Source of the DNA: Flectonema sp. DT1601
Lineage: Eukaryota
NCBI GenBank assembly: GCA_964019425.1
Contig: OZ025784.1
Location: 434,001-498,000 of the forward strand
Direction of reading: 5' to 3'
DNA: 64,000 nucleotides
The translations under genes and the position numbers were made by a program. Positions 48,106 through 58,102 of this stretch are shown piece by piece (the stretch's first letter is position 1; every line of letters starts with the position of its first letter). A model generated the notes under the pieces. That model was not told the DNA's origin. It saw only the letters and a list, made by a program, of their open reading frames with translations, and made no database searches.

Positions 48106-50894
48106 CTAATAGTTGTCTCTAGCGTACGGTCTTGGGTCTCCACCTCCTGGGGCAGTGACGTTGATCGCCTTCTCTCTTCCCATGTGGTCAGTCTCAACAT
48201 CGAACTCAACATCCTGCTGCTCAGCAAGAGATCTGAATCCCTGTTTTTGTAGTGAAATAAACGGAAGTTTTTTATCAGGTTGCGTACAGACATTACAAAT
48301 GATTCGAAGTAAGGCAACACATCAGACGGCTCTTCCTAAATAAGGTGTTTTACATCAAAGGTCGATCAGAGTTGGATTGTTCGAATATAATTCATCATTT
48401 GGTGAGGAGAGAATCACATGAGTGAATCAAAGGAAGAAATCAAAGAAGGAGATTGCTAATAACTTGCTGCCAACAAAGACAGAATAAAAGAACAACATCA
48501 GACGGCTCTTCCTAAATAAGGTGTTTTACATCAAAGGTCGATCAGAGTTGGATTGTTCGAATATAATTCATCATTTGGTAAGGAGAAAATCACAAGAGTG
48601 AATCAAAAGAAGAAATCAAAGAAGGAGATTGCTAATAACTTGCTGCCAACAAAGACAGAAGAAAAGAACAACATCAGACGGCTCTTCCTAAATAAGGTGT
48701 TTTACATCAAAAGTCGATCAGAGTTGGATTGTTCGAATATAATTCATCATTTGGTGAGGAGAGAATCACATGAGTGAATCAAAAGAAGAAATCAAAGAAG
48801 GGGATTGCTAATAACTTGCTGCCAACAAAGACAGAAGAAAAGAACAACATCAGACGGCTCTTCCTAAATAAGGTGTTTTACATCAAAAGTCGATCAGAGT
48901 TGGATTGTTCGAATATAATTCATCATTTGGTGAGGAGAGAATCACATGAGTGAATCAAAAGAAGAAATCAAAGAAGGAGATTGCTAATAACTTGCTGCCA
49001 ACAAAGACAGAAGAAAAGAACAACATCAGACGGCTCTTCCTAAATAAGGTGTTTTACATCAAAAGTCGATCAGAGTTGGATTGTTCGAATATAATTCATC
49101 ATTTGGTGAGGAGAGAATCACATGAGTGAATCAAAGGAAGAAATCAAAGAAGGAGATTGCTAATAACTTTCTGCCAACAAAGACAGAATAAAAGAACAAC
49201 ATCAGACGGCTCTTCCTAAATAAGAAGGTGTTTTACATCAAAGGTCGATCAGAGTTGGATTGTTCGAATATAATTCATCATTTGGTAAGGAGAAAATCAC
49301 ATGAGTGAATCAAAAGAAGAAATCAAAGAAGGAGATTGCTAATAACTTGCTGCCAACAAAGACAGAATAAAAGAACAACATCAGACGGCTCTTCCTAAAT
49401 AAGGTGTTTTACATCAAAGGTCGATCAGAGTTGGATTGTTCGAATATAATTCATCATTTGGTAAGGAGAAAATCACAAGAGTGAATCAAAAGAAGAAATC
49501 AAAGAAGGAGATTGCTAATAACTTGCTGCCAACAAAGACAGAAGAAAAGAACAACATCAGACGGCTCTTCCTAAATAAGGTGTTTTACATCAAAGGTCGA
49601 TCAGAGTTGGATTGTTCGAATATAATTCATCATTTGGTAAGGAGAAAATCACAAGAGTGAATCAAAAGGAGAAATCAAAGAAGGGCATTGCAAACAACTT
49701 GCTGCCAACAAAGACAGAAGAAAAGAACAACATCAGACGGCTCTTCCTAAATAAGGTGTTTTACATCAAAAGTCGATCAGAGTTGGATTGTTCGAATATA
49801 ATTCATCATTTGGTGAGGAGAGAATCACATGAGTGAATCAAAGGAAGAAATCAAAGAAGGAGATTGCTAATAACTTGCTGCCAACAAAGACAGAATAAAA
49901 GAACAACATCAGACGGCTCTTCCTAAATAAGGTGTTTTACATCAAAGGTCGATCAGAGTTGGATTGTTCGAATATAATTCATCATTTGGTGAGGAGAGAA
50001 TCACATGAGTGAATCAAAAGAAGAAATCAAAGAAGGAGATTGCTAATAACTTGCTGCCAACAAAGACAGAAGAAAAGAACAACATCAGACGGCTCTTCCT
50101 AAATAAGGTGTTTTACATCAAAGGTCGATCAGAGTTGGATTGTTCGAATATAATTCATCATTTGGTAAGGAGAAAATCACAAGAGTGAATCAAAAGGAGA
50201 AATCAAAGAAGGGCATTGCAAACAACTTGCTGCCAACAAAGACAGAAGAAAAGAACAACATCAGACGGCTCTTCCTAAATAAGGTGTTTTACATCAAAAG
50301 TCGATCAGAGTTGGATTGTTCGAATATAATTCATCATTTGGTGAGGAGAGAATCACATGAGTGAATCAAAAGAAGAAATCAAAGAAGGAGATTGCTAATA
50401 ACTTGCTGCCAACAAAGACAGAAGAAAAGAACAACATCAGACGGCTCTTCCTAAATAAGGTGTTTTACATCAAAGGTCGATCAGAGTTGGATTGTTCGAA
50501 TATAATTCATCATTTGGTAAGGAGAGAATCACATGAGTGAATCAAAAGAAGAAATCAAAGAAGGAGATTGCTAATAACTTGCTGCCAACAAAGACAGAAG
50601 AAAAGAACAACATCAGACGGCTCTTCCTAAATAAGGTGTTTTACATCAAAGGTCGATCAGAGTTGGATTGTTCGAATATAATTCATCATTTGGTGAGGAG
50701 AGAATCACAGATGTTTAAGTATTATTATTCACAAAAAGAAAAGACTAACACACCTGCATCTTAACAGCAGTCTGGTGAACGAAAACCTCACCATCGTTGT
50801 CCGAACGCTGAATGAATCCAAATCCCTTGTTGTCGAGCCATCTGACAACCTTTCCGGTGTTGGTACCGAGGGTGAATCTAGTAAGACGGAACAT
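48106..50894 (-). CDS. Cold-shock-domain protein copy 6, snoRNA host gene. Exons 50894-50754 and 48240-48106; 2513-bp intron 48241-50753
   Basis: Both exons intact and in frame; donor GTGTGT and acceptor ctacaaaaacAG intact; TAG stop; the intron contains the 176-bp array. Confidence 0.82.
48316..50709. repeat. Tandem array of a 176-bp unit (14 snoRNA cores, 13 full spacers)
   Basis: Anchor tcagacggctcttcc starts at 48322, 48498, 48674, 48850, 49026, 49202, 49381, 49557, 49733, 49909, 50085, 50261, 50437 and 50613. Period is 176; one unit is 179 because of a 3-bp insertion. Confidence 0.98.
48322..48398 (-). ncRNA. Double-guide box C/D snoRNA (one of 14 tandem copies; the last is at 50613-50689), predicted to target the LSU rRNA PTC/A-loop region
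   Basis: Minus strand: ATGATGA [C] ATTATATTC GAACAATCCAAC T CTGA [D'] TCGACCTT TGATGT [C'] AAAACACCTTATT TAGGAAGAGCCG T CTGA [D]. The two 12-nt guides are antisense to the conserved eukaryotic LSU rRNA segments GUUGGAUUGUUC and CGGCUCUUCCUA. Confidence 0.9.
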
Positions 50895-51227
50895 TGTTGT
50901 GAAGTTACGGTGCAATCTAAAACAAAGAAATTACAAAATAAATTAAACTCTTAACTTAAAACAAAAAATATAAAACTAAATAACTACTTTAAACTTTTTG
51001 TACGCGCTGATTGAACGTCGTAAATATTGAGAAATCCCAAGTGAAGCTAACCAGTAAGCAGTCCAGCTCAGTGGGTGCTCGTAGCGCATAGAATTTACCT
51101 TATATCATCAGCCAAGAAAAACAGAACTCCCAATTGCGATAAATTAAAAAATCGATAACTAAAAAATAATCTGAGAGGTTTTAATTAGATCATTCCGTAT
51201 ATATAATCTTACTGAGCAATTTATTGC

Positions 51228-51614
51228 TTAGTAGTTGTCTCTGGCGTACGGTCTTGGGTCACCTCCTCCTGGGGCAGTGACGTTGATCGCCTTCTCTCTT
51301 CCCATGTGGTCAGTCTCAACATCGAACTCAACATCCTGCTGCTCAGCAAGAGATCTGAATCCCTGTTTTTTTGATTTAGTTTGTTGTTGTTATAGCCTTC
51401 ATTTGATCAACGGAGAGTTACGTTAGAGTGAAGAATACTTGAGTCGCACATTCTCACTCACAGTAAGACATACCTGCATCTTAATAGCAGTCTGGTGAAC
51501 GAAAACCTCACCATCGTTGTCCGAACGCTGAATGAATCCAAATCCCTTGTTGTCGAGCCATCTGACAACCTTTCCGGTGTTGGTACCGAGGGTGAATCTA
51601 GTAAGACGGAACAT
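51228..51614 (-). CDS. Cold-shock-domain protein copy 7; intron 51363-51473, type A
   Basis: As copy 1; ATG at 51614 after the acceptor tttcattcAG. Confidence 0.92.
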
Positions 51615-51757
51615 TGTTGTGAATGAAAGTCGAAAACCTGAATGAAACAAAAAAAAAATTGAGTTTAATACAACAGAAAACAAAGTGAAACATGGCTATG
51701 CTTCTCAGCCTTTAATGCAATAAATAGTTTTCTGCAGCAAACCTAATATTTATATAT

Positions 51758-53113
51758 CAGTCAAAATTTTATTTCCTTACCAAAAAACACTGTTTTTCCC
51801 CCCACTGTATTTTTGGTGAAACTATAAGATTTTCTCTCGATTTTTTTTAGATTTTATTTATTTCTTTCCGATCTATTAAAATACGCAATTCCCGGTCCTC
51901 GTACACTGGTAACTTGTGTGCTGTTTCACATTTTTCGACGATTCACCCGATTTTTTAAAATTCAGGATGAAAAGAAGTTGATCCGAAATCGGGATCGGAA
52001 TCAGCGGGAAAAAATCATAAAATTCTACCCCTCGGTCGGGCTTTCGGGGGTCAGTACGTGTGTGTGGGCAGCCGCCAGCTTTTGACTGGGGATACCGGGT
52101 ACTAAAATTCGGGCGAATCACTTCAAGGCGAAATTTATGCTGGGGTGGATGGCAGCAGCTAACAGGGATATTACCTGGGATCGTTTTCCAACTGGGCATG
52201 GCAAAGGCCCATGGGATTCCGAGGGTTATCAACTGAAGAAGTTTGCTCTTGACATCGCGCGCTCCCCCAAACAATACGAGATGCAAGGAGAAATAGTTGA
52301 CGCAAGATCACTGTATGAAGTTGCGAGCAAGAGAATGAAACTCGCTGCTTCGACGCATGTTGTTTGCTCACGAGTGTTTAACTTCTTACCTGACCTAGTT
52401 GATATCTCCCCCCGCTACGGCAGCATGACCCTACCCGGCATCCAGAGCAACTTCTTCTCCTTCCACTCTCTCGTGAACGGCTATCAGAATGAGATTCAGC
52501 AATACACAATGGGATATCGTGCTCTATCGTGTTTCTGTGCGCACTGCATCAGAGCAGACCACGAGCTGTGCGAGTTACAGGGAGCCAGACTTGGATAGTA
52601 GCAGTTGTAGCGGTAGTTCAGGCACCAGCTTTGATGACGACGATGACGACGACAGTTCTGATGAAACCTCCGATAGCTCATCATAATTCCAAAGAATAAG
52701 GTCAGAAAAGTAGTGTGTCAAAAGTGTCCAAAAATAAGTGTGGAAAAGTGGTTAAAAAATACTGTAGTAAGCTGACGGCTACCCCACTGTACAAGAATCA
52801 GTTTTATGATATTTTTGCTCGATTTTTTTTTTATTTAATCGGGCTGACCCCCATCTACGCGAATAAGCACTTCGATTTATTTCCAGGTGAGAGACTCATC
52901 CATGGTTGACCGAAAAGAGGAAACTGCGAAATCTCGGTTGTGAGTTTGAAGGATGCTCTTCAGATTTAGGAATTCCGATTATTAGTCGGGCAGGATCACA
53001 TGTTTCCGCGCATTTAAATGCAGCTTTGGTCGGCACATTTACTCCTCACAGCAATTTTGTGGTCCACTTTTCCGTTTTTGCCTATTTTTGATAAGGAAAT
53101 AAAATTTTGACTG
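51758..53113 (+). mobile_element. Internally deleted TIR DNA transposon, Sola-like, ~1.36 kb
   Basis: 29-bp TIRs CAGTCAAAATTTTATTTCCTTA(C/T)CAAAAA at 51758-51786 and 53085-53113 (1 mismatch). ATAT flanks both ends (51754-57, 53114-17); TATA with a 1-bp shift is an alternative reading. Interior is GC-richer and holds a transposase fragment. Confidence 0.85.
52113..52598 (+). pseudogene. C-terminal transposase fragment
   Basis: In-frame ANHFKAKFMLGW...ITWDRFPTGHGKGPWDSEG...RALSCFCAHC. The FxxxHGKGPxD and CxCxxC motifs resemble Sola2-type transposases (from memory). It is the only credible plus-strand coding segment and lies inside the TIRs. Confidence 0.7.
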
Positions 53114-53429
53114 ATATACAGTGATAAAGTTACCTGTAAATAGATTAAAGGATAAATACTGTACAAGGACGAGTAGTGAAATTACCATAATCGTAATCCG
53201 GTCGCAGAGGTAACGGTGTTTTAGTGGTAAATAAGTGCCAGCTAAGTGGTCACACACTTCTTTCAGATATTCTTTTTAGTCTTGCCTTTCTGTTAAGTAC
53301 GTAGTCTGCAATGAACTAATACTGATCAACTTCCTCTGATTATCAGTATTTACTCGTTATAATACAGAAAAATGCTCAACTGTTTTCATTTGGTACTAAG
53401 CAATGCGAGGCACTACTACAAGTAAGCAA

Positions 53430-53796
53430 TTAATAGTTGTCTCTGGCGTACGGTCTTGGGTCACCTCCTCCTGGGGCAGTGACGTTGATCGCCTTCTCTC
53501 TTCCCATGTGGTCAGACTCAACATCGAACTCAACATCCTGCTGCTCAGCAAGAGATCTGAATCCCTGTTTTTTTTGATTTTGTATTGAAAGCATTCCGAC
53601 TTCACTCATCCTCAAAAGAAGTATTATTATTCACAAAAAGAAAAGACTAACACACCTGCATCTTAATAGCAGTCTGGTGAACGAAAACCTCACCATCGTT
53701 GTCCGAACGCTGAATGAATCCAAATCCCTTGTTGTCGAGCCATCTGACAACCTTTCCGGTGTTGGTACCGAGGGTGAATCTAGTAAGACGGAACAT
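53430..53796 (-). CDS. Cold-shock-domain protein copy 8; intron 53565-53655, type B
   Basis: As copy 2; 91-bp intron. Confidence 0.92.
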
Positions 53797-55015
53797 TGTT
53801 ATTACGTTAGATGAAGCTTAAGAGATTAGTAAATTAGGAGATAAGCTGACTAGAGAAACAACTCAAATATCCAGGCTCTCCCACAGCATAGTTAGTTCTA
53901 TGTGGATATGAATGAAAGATTTATTTTTTAAGAAACTCAAAACATTTTAGTGAACAGAACCCACCTAAGATATTTTTAAATATATTTCGCACAGAATCCA
54001 ACACCTAAAAAAAGACGTCAGGGATGAGGATGGAGTGAAGCAACGCCCAGCATCTTGTGTGGACTAAACTACTCCGCCCTAGTTGTATGAAAGAAGAAAA
54101 ACAATCGACATCAGTACTTTCTGTACAACACATGGGGTCTGTATAACAGGTCGATGTGTCGGTTTTATTCTTCTCGTTTTCTTGCGTATGCCGCTCGGGG
54201 AAAAAAAAAAAAAAAAAAAATTAATTCCATCTCAAGTAGTCAGCCTCATATATGTAGTATTTTTTTTTTTTTTTTATCGTTGGTAACAAAGACCGCTCAT
54301 GAATGCATGCAGAGGGACCCCTGATGCTCTTTGGGAATCGTTTCGATCATATACTTATTTCACAAAACTAATAAAAATTCGGAAAAAAGAATAGTCAGTT
54401 AGTTAGTGTCAAGCTCCATTAGCAAGCAGTTGTCACAAATAATTAAATAAATCAGATAAATCGATTCCTAGCTGTCTTTCAACAGAATAAAAAGATACTC
54501 GGAATGCGGAAATCACGCAGGCAAAAACGAATTTAAAAAAAAAAAAGGAAATGAAGTTGGAGGCGTGCCTACAACATCGCTACCCAGATAAAGTTTCAGA
54601 AAGAATAGAATACGGCACGCACAAAATGAATAATAGAAGGTAGCAGCTAACCATAATCAGAAACAGTCAAAAAAAACGTCTACACGTCAACTCCAATATT
54701 TTATTTTTCACGAGTGCTGAAGGATGATGATAGACTAAGTTCACCTCGGCTCAAATACATCTCTGAAGAACAAGGGGGAAGCTAAATAGAAAAACTGAAT
54801 TCACAAAGTAATCCCCGTTGAGTTTCGCATTTTTCTGACAACAAAGTCGAGGTAGGCTTGCAGCGTAAGAAACTTTGAAAAAGACGGCTTTTTTCAAGTT
54901 TGGCAGTCAGGGTGGTGTTTTTTTGTTCCCACACCTTTTTTTTAAAGAGACAGAGTAAAAAGAAGGAAAAGAAATTTAAAAAAAAAAAAAAAACGAAAAA
55001 CAGAATTTACAGAAC

Positions 55016-55046
<31 letters not shown>

Positions 55047-55205
55047 ATTCAGATTAGCCTTATATTTCGTTGAACGCAAACGCCAGGTAATAGTTATTTT
55101 TCGTTGAACGCAGACAGAATCCTGTCGCAACGGATGATGAGAAATATCGGCTTTCAATCTGAATAGTTTCTTCTCCCGACAAACGTCGGTATAAAAAGAA
55201 ATTTC

Positions 55206-56999
55206 TTACGTCGTTAATGTAATATCAAATCGGTCTGCAATTAGCACCCAAGCGACAAACAGCACGTAAACCACAACAAAAGATTTCCCAACGGTGGCAT
55301 GAAGCTTCATACCAGTGAAAGTTAGAATACCGAGAAAGGTTATCAAAACAAAGAATAAAATGATAGTTGGAATAATAATATTTTCTTTCGGAACTCGAAA
55401 ACAGTATCCTTTCGCAAGAGCGAATATAAACCATGGAATGCCAAGTCCTATACAAATGTCAAAAACGTTTGATCCGAGAGCATTTGACACTGCAGCATTT
55501 CCTTCACCTCTTTTAGCCTCATTGTAAGATCCCAATGCGTCTGGGACTGAGGTACCAGCACTAAGTACAACCAACCCCATTACGACACCGTTTCTGTTTA
55601 GAATTCCTCCCATCCATGAAACCGTCTTGACCATCATCGCTGATAAGAATGCAATCCAAAGTATACACATTGAGAATGCTAATACGTAATTATCTTTCAC
55701 GTTATGACGAGTAACCGAAGGGATTGTTAGTTTGAATAAAACAACATACGGAAGAGAGAAGACCCAATAGATCTTTTCACCAACTGATTCAGGAGGTGTG
55801 AATGTCGCTTCCCAAAATGGAGAGGTGTCATCTTCGTCTTCTTCGGGTGATGAGATAGAACCAGATTTGACTGACTGATTTACAGCAGTCATTTTAACTA
55901 ACGATTTCTTACTTCTCATTGCGAGTAAGACAGCGCTTGATCCCAATGGGAGCTTCGGAAATGAATTCCTGCCTGGAGGTGGCATCGGATGAGTATCTTC
56001 CCATCCAGGAACTGTTATTGGAGGGTCTTCGCAAACACCGCTTTTAATTTTCTTATTATCGTGTTCAGGAAACTCACCGCTTTCATTAGTTTTGAATATT
56101 CGATCTTTTAATATTCTCGAATTCGATTCAATCGTAGTCGAGAATTTCATGCACATAATATATCCAACATAAACTACTACATATAATAATGATTCGTACC
56201 ACATGACACAACCAGAGACAACAAGTGGTTGCTCATAGATTCTTTGGGGTGAGTCAGTAGCAACAGTCGAAACCAAAACTATAATCGACGTCAAATAAAA
56301 AATGGAATCTCTCGCCAGAGGATACCAATCAAGCCGAAGTCCTCCTTCAGTTATAATTTCACTTTCTTGAGCCGAATCCCAATCTTCTTTCGAGTAGTTT
56401 TGTAAGTAAATCTCCCTGTTGATCATTCTACCTTCAGGACCAGGACTTTTACGTCGGGTACTACCCTTTGCAGGTATGCATGATAAGGCGCATATTATTA
56501 AAATATTAAAGACTGCAGAACCCATAATGGTCCCAATACCAAAACCGGCACCACCTTCAGATGAAACCAAAAAAGTATCAGCAAAAGAAGTAAAAAATTC
56601 AGGTGCACTTGATGCGGCTGCAAGAAATGTAGCTCCAGCGACTTCTGCTGTAAGGTCAAGTGATTCAGCGATTTTTTCCAGTGCCGGAGTAAAGTATTCA
56701 TCAGCGACAATTGCAACTCCTAAAAAAATCCAAATCGTCAGCGGTATCCACAACACCATTCCAACAGCACCCAAAGGTCCCTTATATCCAGGTTCATTGT
56801 GTACTGGATTCCATGCTTCAGTAGCTGATGTTAATAGCTTTCTATTATTTCTACTCTCAGTTCCGAATAAACTTTCAATTTCACCCTTTTCGGGATCATC
56901 TTTACTTGACAATATCAATAATAGCATTCCCACTGACATCGCAGCATAAACCCATTTGTTGTTACGGATACGGGGTCTCCGCCGCCAGTTCGGTGGCAT
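55206..56999 (-). CDS. K+-dependent Na+/Ca2+ exchanger (NCKX/SLC24 family)
   Basis: Alpha-1 repeat VAGATFLAAASSAPEFF..GIGTIMGSAVFNIL; alpha-2 repeat SAGTSVPD..GNAAVSNALGSNVFDI. Confidence 0.95.
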   Translation of the reverse strand: MPPNWRRRPRIRNNKWVYAAMSVGMLLLILSSKDDPEKGEIESLFGTESRNNRKLLTSATEAWNPVHNEPGYKGPLGAVGMVLWIPLTIWIFLGVAIVADEYFTPALEKIAESLDLTAEVAGATFLAAASSAPEFFTSFADTFLVSSEGGAGFGIGTIMGSAVFNILIICALSCIPAKGSTRRKSPGPEGRMINREIYLQNYSKEDWDSAQESEIITEGGLRLDWYPLARDSIFYLTSIIVLVSTVATDSPQRIYEQPLVVSGCVMWYESLLYVVVYVGYIMCMKFSTTIESNSRILKDRIFKTNESGEFPEHDNKKIKSGVCEDPPITVPGWEDTHPMPPPGRNSFPKLPLGSSAVLLAMRSKKSLVKMTAVNQSVKSGSISSPEEDEDDTSPFWEATFTPPESVGEKIYWVFSLPYVVLFKLTIPSVTRHNVKDNYVLAFSMCILWIAFLSAMMVKTVSWMGGILNRNGVVMGLVVLSAGTSVPDALGSYNEAKRGEGNAAVSNALGSNVFDICIGLGIPWFIFALAKGYCFRVPKENIIIPTIILFFVLITFLGILTFTGMKLHATVGKSFVVVYVLFVAWVLIADRFDITLTT

Positions 57000-57484
57000 C
57001 GGCCGAGTAGGACTTTATTTTCACTGTTTAGAAGGATAAAATCAATAATAAAATGGTAATTATATCGAACTTTCATAATATACTCCTCCCCACCTGTCTT
57101 ATCCACTGTCCTAGTAGAAGACACTGGATCCACAACTCATCATATAAAAAGCTGTTGTTGATAATCAGAAATAAAAGAAAGCGATTCGTACCAACAAAAA
57201 AAAAAAAAAAAAAAAAACGAGTGCGATACTCTAATGGATTGATGTCAGTGTTTTTGTTACAATAAACAACCAAGATTACAACGAGAGTTGCAATAGTTTT
57301 ACCTTTTTAATAGATAAAAATAAAAAAAAACAGACTTGTGCTGCTTTTGCATGATGAGATTGTTAAAAAGACGTTCTCAAAACAATTATGTCAATTATAT
57401 GTGATTTCTGTCTTCAACAGAAGAATACATTCAAAATGTCAGGCTACTGTAGTAATGTTAAAACCAAACAATAACTACAGTTAT

Positions 57485-57835
57485 TTAATAAACACCTTTT
57501 CCAGCACCATCAGATCTATCATGTTGGCTGATACAACGAGGTGGATTTCCTTCTAAGTCAGTGACTGTAACGTCATCGCTGTTTTTATTTTATTTTTTTG
57601 TGATGGTTGGTTTGATGTAAAAAGTTGAAACATACCCATCTGTGGCTACCATGACCATTTGATGTAGAAGTAAGCCTCTTCTGTCACCGTCTTCACCAAG
57701 AATCATACTTCTGTGAATGAATAGTTGATCACCCGATGGAGTTATAGCCAAACCATGTCCTAAATTCCTTTTCCATTCTATCACACGAGCTATTTGTTTC
57801 TTCTCCGAGAATGTTGATAACGTTCTTCGGAACAT
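57485..57835 (-). CDS. Divergent cold-shock-domain paralog with presequence; intron 57579-57635
   Basis: MFRRTLSTFSEKKQIARVIEWKRNLGHGLAITPSGDQLFIHRSMI...ATDG/DDVTVTDLEGNPPRCISQHDRSDGAGKGVY*; degenerate RNP1 and RNP2; the 57-bp GTATGT...CAG intron keeps the frame. Confidence 0.72.
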
Positions 57836-58077
57836 CGAATATGGGTTTTATCTCCCTGTTAAATGATATTTAATAAAAGAGTTCATTTCAAAAATAAACC
57901 TCACCAACCATCAGCTCAGCGTTCAACTTCAGAGTTGCTCATTTAATGCTCTATGCTGAAATGTAACATTAAAACTCTTCGATATAAATATCTAATTAAA
58001 GACAATATTTATTTAGTGGAAGATGGCTGCACAAGATGCAGAAGAAGGTTTTAATAAAAACACGATGGGAGTAAACA

Positions 58078-58102
58078 CCCCCCCCCCCCCCCCCCCCCCC
58101 CC
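58078..58102. repeat. C25 homopolymer (G25 on the transcribed strand)
   Basis: Direct reading. Confidence 0.9.

Noticed and set aside
48326..48382. rRNA gene fragment
   Set aside because: Only two 12-nt matches to LSU rRNA, each adjacent to a D box on the opposite strand; these are guide elements, not rDNA.
48316..50709. CRISPR array, or a repeated 74-aa protein (MFEYNSSFGKEK...)
   Set aside because: No unique spacers and no cas genes in a eukaryotic context. The plus-strand ORFs start at TTG/GTG, are interrupted in several units and are antisense to the locus; the snoRNA reading explains the unit.
51065..51113. Mini box C/D RNA (GGC-UGAUGA...CUGA-GCU, minus strand)
   Set aside because: Only 43 nt box to box, no C'/D' pair, and the 8-nt SSU-like match (CUACGAGC) is not next to box D. 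Worth a glance in small-RNA data but unsupported.
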